Source of the DNA: a virus
Taxonomy: Duplodnaviria > Heunggongvirae > Uroviricota > Caudoviricetes
Direction: 5' to 3' (one strand)
Length of the DNA: 40,933 nucleotides
IMG/VR virus record: IMGVR_UViG_2563366852_000006
Span: 1 to 40,933 of that record
Below the pieces are notes generated by a model. It did no database searches. It saw only the letters and a list, made by a program, of their open reading frames with translations, and was not told where the DNA came from. The translations under genes and the position numbers were made by a program. Positions 27,370 through 37,902 of the stretch are shown piece by piece; position 1 is the first letter of the stretch, and each line of letters opens with the position of its first letter.

Positions 27370-27926
27370 AACTGACGCCTGTTATTGCTGCGCTGCGTGC
27401 CCGCTGCCCGTATTTTGAAAACCGGGTGGCAGGCGCGGCACAGTTCAAAAATCTGCCGGAGGTCGGAAAGCTGAGACTCCCGGCGGCGTATGTGGTACCG
27501 GGTGATGACTCTCCGGGAGAAAACAAAAGCCAGACCGACTACTGGCAGGAGCTGAAAGAGGGCTTCTCCGTGGTTGTCATACTGAGTAACGGGCGTGATG
27601 AGCGCGGTCAGTTTGCTTCGTATGATGTGGTGGACGATGTCCGGCAGATGCTCTTTAAGACTCTGCTGGGCTGGAACCCGGAAGCGTGCGGTAACCCGAT
27701 TACCTATGACGGCGGCACGCTGCTGGATCTGAATCGTCATGAGCTGATTTATCAGTTCGATTTTTCGGTCATCAGCGAGCTGACCGAAGACGATACCCGC
27801 CAGCAGGATGACCTGAACAGTCTGGATGAACTGCAAACGCTGGCGATTGATGTTGATTATCTCGATCCCGGTAACGGGCCTGACGGCGATATCGAACATC
27901 ACACCGAAATAACCCTTCCTTCCTGA
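27366..27926 (+). CDS. Tail-associated protein preceding the sheath gene
   Basis: Position only. Confidence 0.45.
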   Translation: MKLTPVIAALRARCPYFENRVAGAAQFKNLPEVGKLRLPAAYVVPGDDSPGENKSQTDYWQELKEGFSVVVILSNGRDERGQFASYDVVDDVRQMLFKTLLGWNPEACGNPITYDGGTLLDLNRHELIYQFDFSVISELTEDDTRQQDDLNSLDELQTLAIDVDYLDPGNGPDGDIEHHTEITLPS

Positions 27927-27934
27927 GGATCATC

Positions 27935-28105
27935 ATGTTTGTGAAACCTGTTAAAGGGCGGTCAGTGCCTGACCCTGCCCGCGGCGACCTTTTGCCCGCC
28001 GAAGGGCGAAATGTTGATGAGAACAACTACTGGCTGCGCCGTGAAGCAGCGGGTGATATCCGGCGCGTGAATAAAAAGGTGAACACCGATGACGATAAGC
28101 TTTAA
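27935..28105 (+). CDS. Small protein (DUF2635-like), not in the ORF track
   Basis: 56 codons from ATG 27935 after a GAGGA RBS; N-terminus MFVKPVKGRSVPDP; overlaps the sheath start, as in Mu-like tail clusters. Confidence 0.4.
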   Translation: MFVKPVKGRSVPDPARGDLLPAEGRNVDENNYWLRREAAGDIRRVNKKVNTDDDKL

Positions 28106-29585
28106 CACCATTCCGTCGAATACGCTGGTTCCGCTGTTTTATGCGGAAATGGATAACCAGGCTGCGAATACTGCACAGGACAGCGGAGCATCGCTGCTGA
28201 TTGGTCATGCCAATAACGGTGCAGAGATTGTTGCCAACAGTCTGGTGCTGATGCCGTCGGCAGACTATGCACGCCAGATTTGTGGTGCGGGAAGTCAGCT
28301 GGCGCGTATGGTCGAGGCTTATCGCCAGACCGACCCGTTTGGCGAGCTGTATGTGATTGCCGTTCCTGAATCCACAGGCGCGGCGGCAACGGTTACGCTG
28401 ACGGTGACCGGGGCGGCAACCGAAACCGGCACGGTGAATGTCTATGTGGGACGTACCCGCGTGCAGGCTCCGGTGACCAACGGCGATAACGTCACGACGA
28501 TTGCCAGCAGTATCAAAGATGCCATCAATGCCGTTCCGGCCCTGCCGTTTACGGCCTCATCTTCGGCTGGCGTGGTCACACTGACCGCGCGTCATAAGGG
28601 GCTTTGCGGGAATGAAATTCCTGTCAGCCTCAATTACTACGGCTTTGGTGGGGGCGAAGTGCTGCCAGCGGGCGTACAGATTGCCGTGGCGACGGGTACC
28701 GCCGGAACGGGCGCTCCTGTTCTCACCGGCGCGGTGGCTGCAATGGCGGATGAGCCGTTTGATTATATCGGCCTGCCGTTCAACGACACGGCCTCCGTTA
28801 ACACGCTGGTGACCGAGATGAACGATACCAGCGGTCGCTGGAGCTATGCGCGTCAGCTGTATGGTCATGTGTATACGGCAAAGATCGGCACGCTGTCAGA
28901 ACTGGTGACCGCAGGTGACCAGTTTAACCAGCAGCACATTACCCTGGCGGGATACGAAAAAGAGACCCAGACGCCTGCCGACGAGCTGGCGGCAAGCCGT
29001 ACCGCCCGCGCAGCGGTGTTTATTCGCAACGATCCGGCACGTCCCACGCAGACCGGTGAGCTGGTGGGTATGCTGCCTGCGCCGAAGGGGAAACGGTTCA
29101 CGATGACCGAACAACAGACCCTGCTGTCTCATGGCGTGGCAACGGCGTATGTCGAAAGCGGGGTGCTGCGCATTCAGCGTGATGTCACCACGTACAGGAA
29201 AAACGCTTACGGTGTTGCGGATAACAGCTACCTCGACAGCGAGACGCTGCATACCAGCGCGTATGTGCTGCGCAAACTGAAATCCGTCATTACCAGTAAG
29301 TACGGGCGTCACAAGCTTGCCAGCGACGGTACCCGCTTTGGTCCCGGTCAGGCGATTGTCACACCGGCGGTGATCAAAGGGGAACTGCTGGCAACCTACC
29401 GTCAGCTTGAGCGTGCGGGGATCGTGGAAAACTACGAACTGTTTAAGCAGTACCTGGTTGTGGAGCGTGATGCCAGCGATCCGAACCGCCTGAACACGCT
29501 GTTCCCGCCTGACTATGTTAACCAGTTGCGTGTCTTTGCCGTGGTTAACCAGTTCCGTCTTCAGTATTCAGAGGAGTCTGCATAA
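28089..29585 (+). CDS. Contractile tail sheath protein
   Basis: 498 aa immediately followed by tube, chaperone and tape-measure genes. Confidence 0.75.
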   Translation: MTISFNTIPSNTLVPLFYAEMDNQAANTAQDSGASLLIGHANNGAEIVANSLVLMPSADYARQICGAGSQLARMVEAYRQTDPFGELYVIAVPESTGAAATVTLTVTGAATETGTVNVYVGRTRVQAPVTNGDNVTTIASSIKDAINAVPALPFTASSSAGVVTLTARHKGLCGNEIPVSLNYYGFGGGEVLPAGVQIAVATGTAGTGAPVLTGAVAAMADEPFDYIGLPFNDTASVNTLVTEMNDTSGRWSYARQLYGHVYTAKIGTLSELVTAGDQFNQQHITLAGYEKETQTPADELAASRTARAAVFIRNDPARPTQTGELVGMLPAPKGKRFTMTEQQTLLSHGVATAYVESGVLRIQRDVTTYRKNAYGVADNSYLDSETLHTSAYVLRKLKSVITSKYGRHKLASDGTRFGPGQAIVTPAVIKGELLATYRQLERAGIVENYELFKQYLVVERDASDPNRLNTLFPPDYVNQLRVFAVVNQFRLQYSEESA

Positions 29586-29941
29586 TGGCCCGTATCGGGG
29601 GAACCTGTTATTTCAAAATTGACGGTCAGCAGCTATCGCTGACCGGCGGCATTGAGGTGCCCATGAACAGGACGGTTAATGATGACATCATCGGCCTGGA
29701 CGGTTCAGTGGACCGCAAGGAAACTCACCGTGCACCTTATGTCAAAGGGACCTTCAAGGTGCCGAAGAATTTTCCGGTGAGCAAAATCACCTCGTCTGAT
29801 GAGATGACCATCACTGCCGAGCTGGCGAACGGTCAGGTCTATGTATTGTCGTCTGCCTGGCTGTACGGTGAAGCGAACCATAATGCCGAAGAAGGCACGG
29901 TTGATCTTGAGTTCCACGGTGAAGAAGGGGATTACCAGTGA
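29585..29941 (+). CDS. Tail tube protein
   Basis: 118 aa directly after the sheath gene. Confidence 0.7.
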   Translation: MARIGGTCYFKIDGQQLSLTGGIEVPMNRTVNDDIIGLDGSVDRKETHRAPYVKGTFKVPKNFPVSKITSSDEMTITAELANGQVYVLSSAWLYGEANHNAEEGTVDLEFHGEEGDYQ

Positions 29942-30261
29942 TTGAGCTTGTACTTAAAAAACCGATCATCGCCCACAAAGAAACACTGCATGTGCTGGAA
30001 ATACGTGAGCCTACGTATGACGAGATTGAGGCGCTGGGGTTCCCTTTCTCTGTTTCGCCTGATGGTGGTATGAAAATGGACAGTCAGGTAGCGCTGAAAT
30101 ATATCCCGCTTCTGGCCGGGATTCCGCGCTCGTCTGCAGCGCAGATGACGAAGCTGGATATTTTCAAGGCAGGCATGATTGTAATGCGTTTTTTTACCGG
30201 CTTGGAGACGGAAGAGACCTCCGGAAGCGATTCTACAATGTCGCGTGGTTCTGGAAATTAA
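29938..30261 (+). CDS. Tail assembly chaperone
   Basis: 107 aa between tube and tape measure, with a slippery T-run near its 3' end. Confidence 0.6.
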   Translation: MIELVLKKPIIAHKETLHVLEIREPTYDEIEALGFPFSVSPDGGMKMDSQVALKYIPLLAGIPRSSAAQMTKLDIFKAGMIVMRFFTGLETEETSGSDSTMSRGSGN

Positions 30262-30353
30262 ACCCCCTTGAACTTCGCCGGACGGCTATTTCCCACTTTG
30301 CTGATCTGGAGGCAGAGGCCGTCCGTATAAATGAGGAGATGAAGCATGGCTGA
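30189..30353 (+). other. Putative programmed -1 frameshift site (T TTT TTT) and extension frame of the tail chaperone
   Basis: Heptamer at 30189-30195 in the chaperone frame; the -1 frame stays open for 53 codons to TGA at 30351-30353, overlapping the tape-measure start. Confidence 0.45.
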
Positions 30354-32247
30354 TAATTTTCAGCTGAAAGCCATCATCACCGCCGTTGACAGGCTATCCG
30401 GCCCGCTTAAAGGTATGCAGCGTCAGCTTAAGGGGTTTCAGAAAGAAGTCTCCAGCCTTGCTCTGGGCGCTGCCGGGGCGGGTACTGCAATAATGGGGGC
30501 ACTGGCACTCCCTGTAAAATCAGCCATCACCCTTGAATCGAAGATGGCTGATGTCCGCAAAGTGGTGGACGGTCTGGATACGCCGGATGCGTTTAAGGCC
30601 ATGACGGAGCAGGTACGCGCTTTGTCTACTGAGCTTCCCATGTCTGCAGACGGGATCGCGGAAATTGTGGCGGCTGGCGGTCAGGCCGGGATTGCACGTG
30701 ATGAACTGATGCAGTTTGCCACTGATGCGGTGAAGATGGGCGTGGCCTTTGATACCACGGCTGAAGAGTCCGGGCAGATGATGGCCCAGTGGCGTACTGC
30801 GTTTAATATGACGCAGGATGAAGTGGCCGGGCTGGCTGACAAAATCAACTACCTTGGTAATACCGGCCCGGCGAATGCGAAGAAAATCTCCGATATTGTT
30901 ACGCGTATTGGTCCTTTAGGTGGTGTTGCAGGTGTGGCTTCCGGCGAAATCGCGGCAATGGGGGCAACCATTGCCGGGATGGGCGTGGAGTCAGAAATTG
31001 CCGCCACAGGGATCAAGAACTTCATGCTTTCCCTGACCGCGGGAAATTCCGCGACAAAATCGCAGAAACAGGCATTACGTTTTCTGCGGATCAATCCGAA
31101 GAAATTAGCTGCTGATATGCAGAAAGATGCCCGGGGAACCATGCTGTCTGTACTGGATGCGATGGCTAAAGTGCCTAAAGAAAAACAGGCAGCTGTGCTG
31201 AATGCCCTGTTCGGGAAAGAGTCTCTGGGCGCGATAGCACCTCTGCTGACTAACCTTGATTTGTTGCGTACCAACTTCAGGCGGGTTGCGGATTCCCAGC
31301 AGTATGGCAGTTCGATGCAGAAGGAATATGCTTCGAGGGCAGCGACGACGGAAAACCAGCTTTTACTTCTGCAAAATCAACTTGATGCAATTTCTTCCAC
31401 TCTGGGGGAAACGTTTCTTCCTGAGGTTAATGATGGTCTTGAAGCGGTAAAACCGCTCCTTGAGGAAGTGAGAACGTTTGTCCGTGAAAACCCGGAGCTC
31501 GTTAAGACCATTGCTAAAATCGGTCTGGCTTTACTGACAGTGGGGGCCGCTGCAGGCTCTTTGTCCAGAATCATGAAAGTTCTCGGCGGTGTGATGAATA
31601 TGACGCCTGCTAAGGGGCTGATTGCTCTTCTGGTTGGTGGCGCTTACCTCATTATTGATAATTGGGAAACCGTAGGTCCTGTCATAAAAAAAGTCTGGCA
31701 CGTGGTGGATGAAACGGCGCAGGTGATGGGGGGATGGGAAACTGTTCTGAAAGCGATTGCCCTGTTTATGGCAACCAAATGGGTTGCTGACGTTACCAAA
31801 TCTATTACCGCAGTGACCAGAGAGATGCGTACGCTGGGGAAGGTATCGGCAGAAACGGGATTGATGGGGAAAGGCCGCGGCTTTATCGGGAAGGCCGGGG
31901 TATATGATTTTCTGGGAACCCTGATGTATGAGCCGGTTAAAGATACTCTGGAAAGTGTTGTTCCTGAAGATACGGTTAACTGGCTGGATAATAAAGGGCT
32001 GTTTCTGGCTTCAGACTGGACGCCTTTTTTTGATCGTAAAGAGTACGAGCAGTATCAGGCCAACCTGAGTCAGTACAAACCCAATGTTCCGCTGTTGAAT
32101 CCATCTTCTTCCATGACACAGCACAGCGAGCTGAAAGTCACGTTCGAGAATGCTCCGCCAAGTATGAAGATAATTGATGTACCGGGCAAAGCCGATCCCC
32201 TGATGAAAATCACGCACGATGTGGGGTATTCTCCATTCAGACGATAA
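30346..32247 (+). CDS. Tail tape measure protein
   Basis: 633 aa, Ala/Gly-rich and helical, with C-terminal hydrophobic segments; canonical position. Confidence 0.85.
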   Translation: MADNFQLKAIITAVDRLSGPLKGMQRQLKGFQKEVSSLALGAAGAGTAIMGALALPVKSAITLESKMADVRKVVDGLDTPDAFKAMTEQVRALSTELPMSADGIAEIVAAGGQAGIARDELMQFATDAVKMGVAFDTTAEESGQMMAQWRTAFNMTQDEVAGLADKINYLGNTGPANAKKISDIVTRIGPLGGVAGVASGEIAAMGATIAGMGVESEIAATGIKNFMLSLTAGNSATKSQKQALRFLRINPKKLAADMQKDARGTMLSVLDAMAKVPKEKQAAVLNALFGKESLGAIAPLLTNLDLLRTNFRRVADSQQYGSSMQKEYASRAATTENQLLLLQNQLDAISSTLGETFLPEVNDGLEAVKPLLEEVRTFVRENPELVKTIAKIGLALLTVGAAAGSLSRIMKVLGGVMNMTPAKGLIALLVGGAYLIIDNWETVGPVIKKVWHVVDETAQVMGGWETVLKAIALFMATKWVADVTKSITAVTREMRTLGKVSAETGLMGKGRGFIGKAGVYDFLGTLMYEPVKDTLESVVPEDTVNWLDNKGLFLASDWTPFFDRKEYEQYQANLSQYKPNVPLLNPSSSMTQHSELKVTFENAPPSMKIIDVPGKADPLMKITHDVGYSPFRR

Positions 32248-32311
32248 TATAACTACTTTAATCAAGTAGGATTATTGAGTGGTAAAGCTTGTGCTGAAAG
32301 TAGGAGAGAAT

Positions 32312-32800
32312 ATGAAGAAAATGTTTATATTGTTGTTGGCTGTAGGACTGCCATTAAACTCCTTTGCGAAGCCAGTAACGGAAAAGCAGCTTGCTACATA
32401 CTTTATAGATAACGTTAAAACTTCAGCGGATAAGAATATAGATCTAGATGTAGAGGGAATAAATAGACTGTCTGTAATATGCCCAGCAAAGTCGGCAAGT
32501 GGAACTCTTTTAATAAAAAAAGCATCCTACGAGTTTAATAAAAGCATTGGTGCTTTTGATTTTGAAAATAACTCACAATCTGCACCATTGACTTTTATTG
32601 TACCAATTAGTGAGGATGAAAATAACTTTGACTCGGAAATTATTGGTTTCTCTTTTGCATTTAAAATGCCAAGAGGGCAATTCTTTGTTGATGTTACGAA
32701 AACAGGGAAGGTAAAGGCTGGCGTAAATATTAGTGGTGAAAGCGAAATTACTTATTCATCATGTAGAATAGATACTCATAATATTGATTATGCTCGTTAA
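32312..32800 (+). CDS. Secreted or lipoprotein-like cargo protein inside the tail module
   Basis: AT-rich; signal peptide MKKMFILLLAVGLPLNSFA; own terminator downstream; inserted between tape-measure and DNA-circularisation genes. Start chosen at MKKMF (32312). Confidence 0.6.
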   Translation: MKKMFILLLAVGLPLNSFAKPVTEKQLATYFIDNVKTSADKNIDLDVEGINRLSVICPAKSASGTLLIKKASYEFNKSIGAFDFENNSQSAPLTFIVPISEDENNFDSEIIGFSFAFKMPRGQFFVDVTKTGKVKAGVNISGESEITYSSCRIDTHNIDYAR

Positions 32801-32815
32801 TTTTATTACCTAATA

Positions 32816-32845
32816 AAAAAACGCGTTTACACGCGGTTTTTATTT
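32816..32845 (+). terminator. Rho-independent terminator after the cargo gene
   Basis: CGCGT-TTAC-ACGCG stem-loop followed by GTTTTTATTT. Confidence 0.55.
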
Positions 32846-32856
32846 GAGGTGACGCC

Positions 32857-34230
32857 ATGGATTTTTCTCATATTTCTTCGTACCTATCCTCTGATTCTCG
32901 AAGTGGCTGGCGTGAAAAGCTACTTGAAGCATCATTTCGAGGTGTGCCGTTTAAGGTTGAAGAAGAAAGTGCGGGAACCGGTCGCCGTGTGGAAACACAT
33001 GAATACCCGAACCGCGACAAGCCCTATACCGAAGATCTGGGAAAAGTCACTTTCCGCCCGTCCATCACAGCTTATGTGGTGGGAGATGACTGCTTTGACC
33101 AGCGCGATCGCCTGATTGAAGCGCTGAATAAACCCGGTCCCGGCACGCTTGTCCACCCGACATATGGTGAGCTGAAAGTCTGTGTTGACGGGGAAGTTCG
33201 GGTCAGCACATCGAAAAGTGAAGGGCGTATTGTCCGCTTTGACCTGAAGTTTGTCGAAGCAGGAGAACTCTCTTACCCCACATCAGGTGCGGCGACGGCG
33301 CAGACGCTGATGTCATCCTGTTCTGCACTGGATGACTGCATCAGTGACAGCTTCAGCGGTTTCAGTATCGATGGTGTGGCGGATTTCGTGCAGAACGACG
33401 TTATCGGTAATGCCAGCATAATGCTGGGGTATGTTTCTGATGCGATGAAAGTGGTGGATTCTGCCGTATCGGATGCCGCCAGGCTGTTGCAGGGGGATAT
33501 CTCGGTACTTCTGCCGCCGCCATCGTCAGGCAAAAATTTCGTTGAGCAGGTGCAGAAAATGTGGCGTACCGGGAAACGCCTTTATGGTAACGCCAGCGAC
33601 CTGGTCACCATGATCAAAACGCTTTCCGGTGTCAGCCTCGGCAGCGATCTGCAACCGCGCGGCGTCTGGAAAACGGACAGTAAAACCACCGCCACGGCGA
33701 CGCAGCAGCGTAACGTGGTTGCCAGCACCCTTCGTACGACCGCAATCAGCGAAGCGGCGTATACCGTCACCCGATTGCCTGCGCCAACAACTTCCGCGGT
33801 GATGCAGAATTCCGCAGTGGGGCAGGCAACAACACCCGCGCAGAGCACTGGCTGGCCTTCCGTCACGCATCCGGCACTGAACAATGCACCGGCGGTGAAA
33901 AACACGGTTGACCTGCCGACGTGGGAAGAACTGACTGACATTCGCGACACACTGAATACGGCAATTGATAAGGAGTTGTCCCGTACAACCAGCGATGCGC
34001 TGTTTCTGGCGCTGCGCCGGGTGAAAGCAGATCTGAATGCGGATATCAACACGCGCCTTGAACAGTCTGCACGGATCATTCAGCGCACACCGGATGAGGT
34101 TTTACCCGCGCTGGTGCTGGCGGCGACCTGGTTTGATAACGCGGCGCGTGACGCGGACATTATCCGGCGTAATGCCATTACGCATCCCGGCTTTGTGCCG
34201 GTGATCCCTCTGAAGGTGCCAGTGCAATGA
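32857..34230 (+). CDS. DNA circularisation protein (Mu N-like)
   Basis: N-terminal pattern EASFRGVPF ... GRRVETHEYPNRDKPYTEDLG typical of the family. Confidence 0.8.
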   Translation: MDFSHISSYLSSDSRSGWREKLLEASFRGVPFKVEEESAGTGRRVETHEYPNRDKPYTEDLGKVTFRPSITAYVVGDDCFDQRDRLIEALNKPGPGTLVHPTYGELKVCVDGEVRVSTSKSEGRIVRFDLKFVEAGELSYPTSGAATAQTLMSSCSALDDCISDSFSGFSIDGVADFVQNDVIGNASIMLGYVSDAMKVVDSAVSDAARLLQGDISVLLPPPSSGKNFVEQVQKMWRTGKRLYGNASDLVTMIKTLSGVSLGSDLQPRGVWKTDSKTTATATQQRNVVASTLRTTAISEAAYTVTRLPAPTTSAVMQNSAVGQATTPAQSTGWPSVTHPALNNAPAVKNTVDLPTWEELTDIRDTLNTAIDKELSRTTSDALFLALRRVKADLNADINTRLEQSARIIQRTPDEVLPALVLAATWFDNAARDADIIRRNAITHPGFVPVIPLKVPVQ

Positions 34231-35306
34231 ACGACAATGTCACGCTACGGGTAAATGGCCGGGAGTGGAATGGCTGGACATCGGTGCGCATCGGTGCCGG
34301 TATTGAACGGCTGGCGCGGGATTTCAGTGTGGAGATCACCCGCCAGTGGCCGGGAGATGAGGGTATCACCACGCTTCAGCCGCGCATTAAAAACGGTTCA
34401 AAAGTGGAGGTGCTGATTGGTGATGAGCTGGTGATCACCGGCTGGGTGGAGGCGACGCCCGTTCGTTACGATGCCCGTTCGGTCAGTACCGGTATTGCCG
34501 GACGCAGTCTGACGGCTGACCTGATTGACTGTGCAGCCGAACCGACACAGTTTAACGGACGCTCGCTGGTGCAGATTGCGCAGGCGCTTGCTGCGCCTTT
34601 CGGCATTGAGGTGGTGAACAGCGGTGCGCCGTCGGGTGTTATTCCTGATGTTCAGCCTGATCACGGTGAAACGGTGATTGAGGTAATCAACAAAATACTC
34701 GGTCAGCAGCAGGCACTGGCTTACGACGACCCGCACGGCAGGCTGGTGATTGGCGGTATTGGCTCAACGCGGGCACATACTGCACTGGTACTCGGGGAAA
34801 ACATCCTTTCCTGTGATACGGAGAAGAGTATCCGGGAGCGGTTTTCAGTTTACCAGGTGGCGGGGCAGCGTGCCGGAAACGACGATGATTTCGGTGAGGC
34901 CACCACCACCGCGCTGCGGGCCCGCACAGAGGACGCATTTATTGCCCGTTACCGTCCGATGTATATCAGGCAGACAGGGCAGGCTACGGGGGCAGGCTGT
35001 ATTGCCCGTGCGGACTTTGAAGCCCGACAACGGGCGGCGCGGACGGATGAAACCACCTATGTGGTGCAGGGCTGGCGACAGGGTAACGGTACGCTGTGGC
35101 AGCCCAACCAGCGGGTGATTGTCTTTGATCCGGTCTGTGGTTTCGACAATACCGAACTGCTTGTTTCGGAAGTCACGTTTACTCAGGACCAGAACGGCAC
35201 CCTGACGGAAATCCGTGTCGGCCCACCTGATGCTTATCTGCCTGAACCCGAAGCCCCCGGCGCGCGGAAAAAGAAAAAAGCCAGAGTACAGGAGGACCCG
35301 TTCTGA
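34227..35306 (+). CDS. Late control D family tail protein (Mu P / P2 D-like)
   Basis: N-terminus resembles P2 gpD by eye (LRVNGREW ... GDELVITGWVEAT); canonical position. Confidence 0.7.
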   Translation: MNDNVTLRVNGREWNGWTSVRIGAGIERLARDFSVEITRQWPGDEGITTLQPRIKNGSKVEVLIGDELVITGWVEATPVRYDARSVSTGIAGRSLTADLIDCAAEPTQFNGRSLVQIAQALAAPFGIEVVNSGAPSGVIPDVQPDHGETVIEVINKILGQQQALAYDDPHGRLVIGGIGSTRAHTALVLGENILSCDTEKSIRERFSVYQVAGQRAGNDDDFGEATTTALRARTEDAFIARYRPMYIRQTGQATGAGCIARADFEARQRAARTDETTYVVQGWRQGNGTLWQPNQRVIVFDPVCGFDNTELLVSEVTFTQDQNGTLTEIRVGPPDAYLPEPEAPGARKKKKARVQEDPF

Positions 35307-35854
35307 TGAGGACGATTGAAGCCATGCAGCGACAACTCCTCGGCCTGATTGGGCGGGCCGTGGTGAAAAGCATCAGTGCCGCCACGAAATGTCAGACCGT
35401 GGATGTGTCCCTGATTGCCGGTGAACCCAAAGCCGGGGTTGAACATCTTGAACCCTACGGTTTTACCGCAAGGGCAAACAGCGGTGCGGAAGCGGTGGTG
35501 TTGTTTCCGGATGGCGACCGTTCTCATGCGGTGGTTGTTACGGTGTCGGACCGTCGCTACCGCCTGAAAGGGCTGCAGACGGGGGAGGTGGCGGTCTATG
35601 ACGATCAGGGGCAGTCCGTGACGCTGACCCGGGAGGGGATCGTGGTGGACGGTGCAGGTAAAACGATCACGTTTCGCAATGCGCCTAAGGCACGTTTTGA
35701 AATGGACCTGGAAGTGACAGGACAGGTGAAAGACCTGTGCGACTCCGGCGGCACCACCATGTCAGCGATGCGGCTTGCCTATAACGGGCATCGTCACAGA
35801 GAGAACGGTCAGGGCAGTAACACCGACAAACCTGATAAAGCGATGGAGGCATGA
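35306..35854 (+). CDS. Baseplate assembly protein V (spike)
   Basis: Family-typical stretch AEAVVLFPDGDRSHAVVV ... RYRL ... GEVAVYD. Confidence 0.75.
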   Translation: MRTIEAMQRQLLGLIGRAVVKSISAATKCQTVDVSLIAGEPKAGVEHLEPYGFTARANSGAEAVVLFPDGDRSHAVVVTVSDRRYRLKGLQTGEVAVYDDQGQSVTLTREGIVVDGAGKTITFRNAPKARFEMDLEVTGQVKDLCDSGGTTMSAMRLAYNGHRHRENGQGSNTDKPDKAMEA

Positions 35855-36279
35855 TGGAACTGTGGCTGACGGTGAACGGTAAACGCACCTGCGCCAGCGC
35901 ACCGCTGGATCCGCTGACCCGCGCCGTGGTGATTTCCCTGTTTACCTGGCGGCGGGCGGAGCCTGATGACAACGCCGACGTCCCGATGGGATGGTGGGGG
36001 GATACCTGGCCTGCGGTACAGAATGACCGTTACGGCTCCCGACTGTGGCTGCTTCAGCGCAGCAAACTGACCAATCAGCTGGTGCAGACAGTAAGGGGGT
36101 ATATCCGCGAATGCCTGCAATGGATGATTGATGACGGCGTGGTGTCCCGTATTGATCTGGATATCCGCCGCACCGGGATTAATGAACTGGGTAACAGTAT
36201 CACTCTCTGGCGTCGTGACGGACCGGTAATGATTTCTTTTGATGATCTGTGGAGTGCGATAACGCATGGCGGACAGTGA
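35851..36279 (+). CDS. Baseplate protein (Mu gp46 / W-like)
   Basis: Position and size in the baseplate cluster. Confidence 0.55.
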   Translation: MMELWLTVNGKRTCASAPLDPLTRAVVISLFTWRRAEPDDNADVPMGWWGDTWPAVQNDRYGSRLWLLQRSKLTNQLVQTVRGYIRECLQWMIDDGVVSRIDLDIRRTGINELGNSITLWRRDGPVMISFDDLWSAITHGGQ

Positions 36280-37324
36280 ATTTCAGCGCCCGACGCTGGC
36301 AGAAAATATCAGTATGCTCCGTAACGATTTATTCGCCAGGCTGGACGTCAGCGACACGCTCCGGCGCATGGATGAAGACGTGCGGGCAAAGGTGTATGCG
36401 GCGGCGCTGCATACGGTTTACGGGTACATCGATTATCTGGCAATGAACATGCTGCCTGACCTGTGCGATGAGTCCTGGCTGGCGCGACATGCTGCGATGA
36501 AACGGTGTCCGCGCAAGGGGGCCACGGCTGCCAGCGGGTATATGCGCTGGGAAGGTGTCAGCGATGGCCTGAAGGTGACCGCCGGGAGTGTTATTCAGCG
36601 CGATGACCTGGTTCAGTACACGGCAACTGCCGATGCAACCAGCTCCGGTGGTGTCCTGCGCGTGCCGATCGCCTGCTCAAGTGCAGGCGCGGTCGGTAAC
36701 GCTGACGACGGTACGTCATTAATCCTGGTCACGCCGGTTAATGGTCTGCCGTCTTCCGGCGTGGCAGATACCCTGACAGGTGGATTTGATACTGAAGAGC
36801 TGGAAACGTGGCGCGCCCGCGTCATTGAGCGGTATTACTGGACGCCGCAGGGCGGGGCTGACGGGGACTATGTCGTCTGGGCTAAAGAAGTGCCCGGCAT
36901 TACCCGCGCATGGACATACCGTCACTGGATGGGAACGGGAACTGTCGGTGTGATGATTGCCAGCAGTGACCTGATTAATCCCATTCCGGAAGAATCAACG
37001 GAAACGGCAGCAAGACAACATATCGGGCCACTGGCCCCGGTGGCAGGCTCTGATTTGTATGTATTCAGGCCGGTGGCACATACGGTGGATTTTCATATCC
37101 GCGTGACGCCGGACACACCGGAAATACGGGCTGCCATTACCGCGGAGTTGCGTTCGTTCCTGCTGCGTGATGGTTATCCGCAGGGAGAACTGAAGGTATC
37201 GCGTATCAGTGAGGCGATTTCCGGTGCGAACGGGGAATACAGCCATCAGTTGCTTGCACCGGTGGACAATATCTCCATTGCGAAAAACGAACTGGCGGTA
37301 CTGGGGACGATTTCATGGACGTGA
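36266..37324 (+). CDS. Baseplate J-like protein (Mu gp47)
   Basis: 352 aa in the canonical position. Confidence 0.7.
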   Translation: MADSEFQRPTLAENISMLRNDLFARLDVSDTLRRMDEDVRAKVYAAALHTVYGYIDYLAMNMLPDLCDESWLARHAAMKRCPRKGATAASGYMRWEGVSDGLKVTAGSVIQRDDLVQYTATADATSSGGVLRVPIACSSAGAVGNADDGTSLILVTPVNGLPSSGVADTLTGGFDTEELETWRARVIERYYWTPQGGADGDYVVWAKEVPGITRAWTYRHWMGTGTVGVMIASSDLINPIPEESTETAARQHIGPLAPVAGSDLYVFRPVAHTVDFHIRVTPDTPEIRAAITAELRSFLLRDGYPQGELKVSRISEAISGANGEYSHQLLAPVDNISIAKNELAVLGTISWT

Positions 37325-37899
37325 CAAACGATGATTACATCCGCCTGTTATCGGCACTGTTGCCGCCCGGTCCGGCGTGGTCAGCCAGCGATCCGGCGAT
37401 TGCTGGTGCGGCACCGTCATTAACCCGTGTTCATCAGCGTGCGGATGCCCTGATGCGGGAGCTGGATCCGCGCACCACCACCGAACTGATAAATCGCTGG
37501 GAGCGTCTGTGCGGCCTGCCGGATGAATGTATTCCCGCAGGGACACAGCCCCTTCGCCAGCGTCAGCAACGACTGGATGCGAAGGTTAACCTGGCGGGCG
37601 GCATCAATGAGGATTTTTACCTTGCACAGCTTGCTGCCCTGGGCAGACCAGACGCTACCATCACGCGATACGACAAAAGCACGTTCACCTGCTCATCGGC
37701 CTGTACTGACGCTGTGAACGCGCCGGAATGGCGGTATTACTGGCAGGTCAACATGCCAGCTGCCACCAACACCACCTGGATGACATGTGGCGATCCCTGT
37801 GATTCCGCGCTGCGTATCTGGGGCAACACCGTTGTCGAGTGTGTACTTAACAAACTCTGCCCTTCGCATACCTACGTAATTTTTAAATATCCGGAGTAA
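37315..37899 (+). CDS. Tail protein (Mu gp48-like)
   Basis: Position immediately before the tail-fibre gene; Cys-rich C-terminus. Confidence 0.5.
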   Translation: MDVTNDDYIRLLSALLPPGPAWSASDPAIAGAAPSLTRVHQRADALMRELDPRTTTELINRWERLCGLPDECIPAGTQPLRQRQQRLDAKVNLAGGINEDFYLAQLAALGRPDATITRYDKSTFTCSSACTDAVNAPEWRYYWQVNMPAATNTTWMTCGDPCDSALRIWGNTVVECVLNKLCPSHTYVIFKYPE

Positions 37900-37902
37900 T
37901 CC

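Noticed and set aside
27312-27902. 196-aa minus-strand ORF
   Set aside because: Antisense to the tail gene at 27366-27926, which fits the operon; no translation signals.
32849-33115. 88-aa plus-strand ORF
   Set aside because: Overlaps the start of the DNA circularisation gene in another frame; the 457-aa gene has a recognisable conserved N-terminus.
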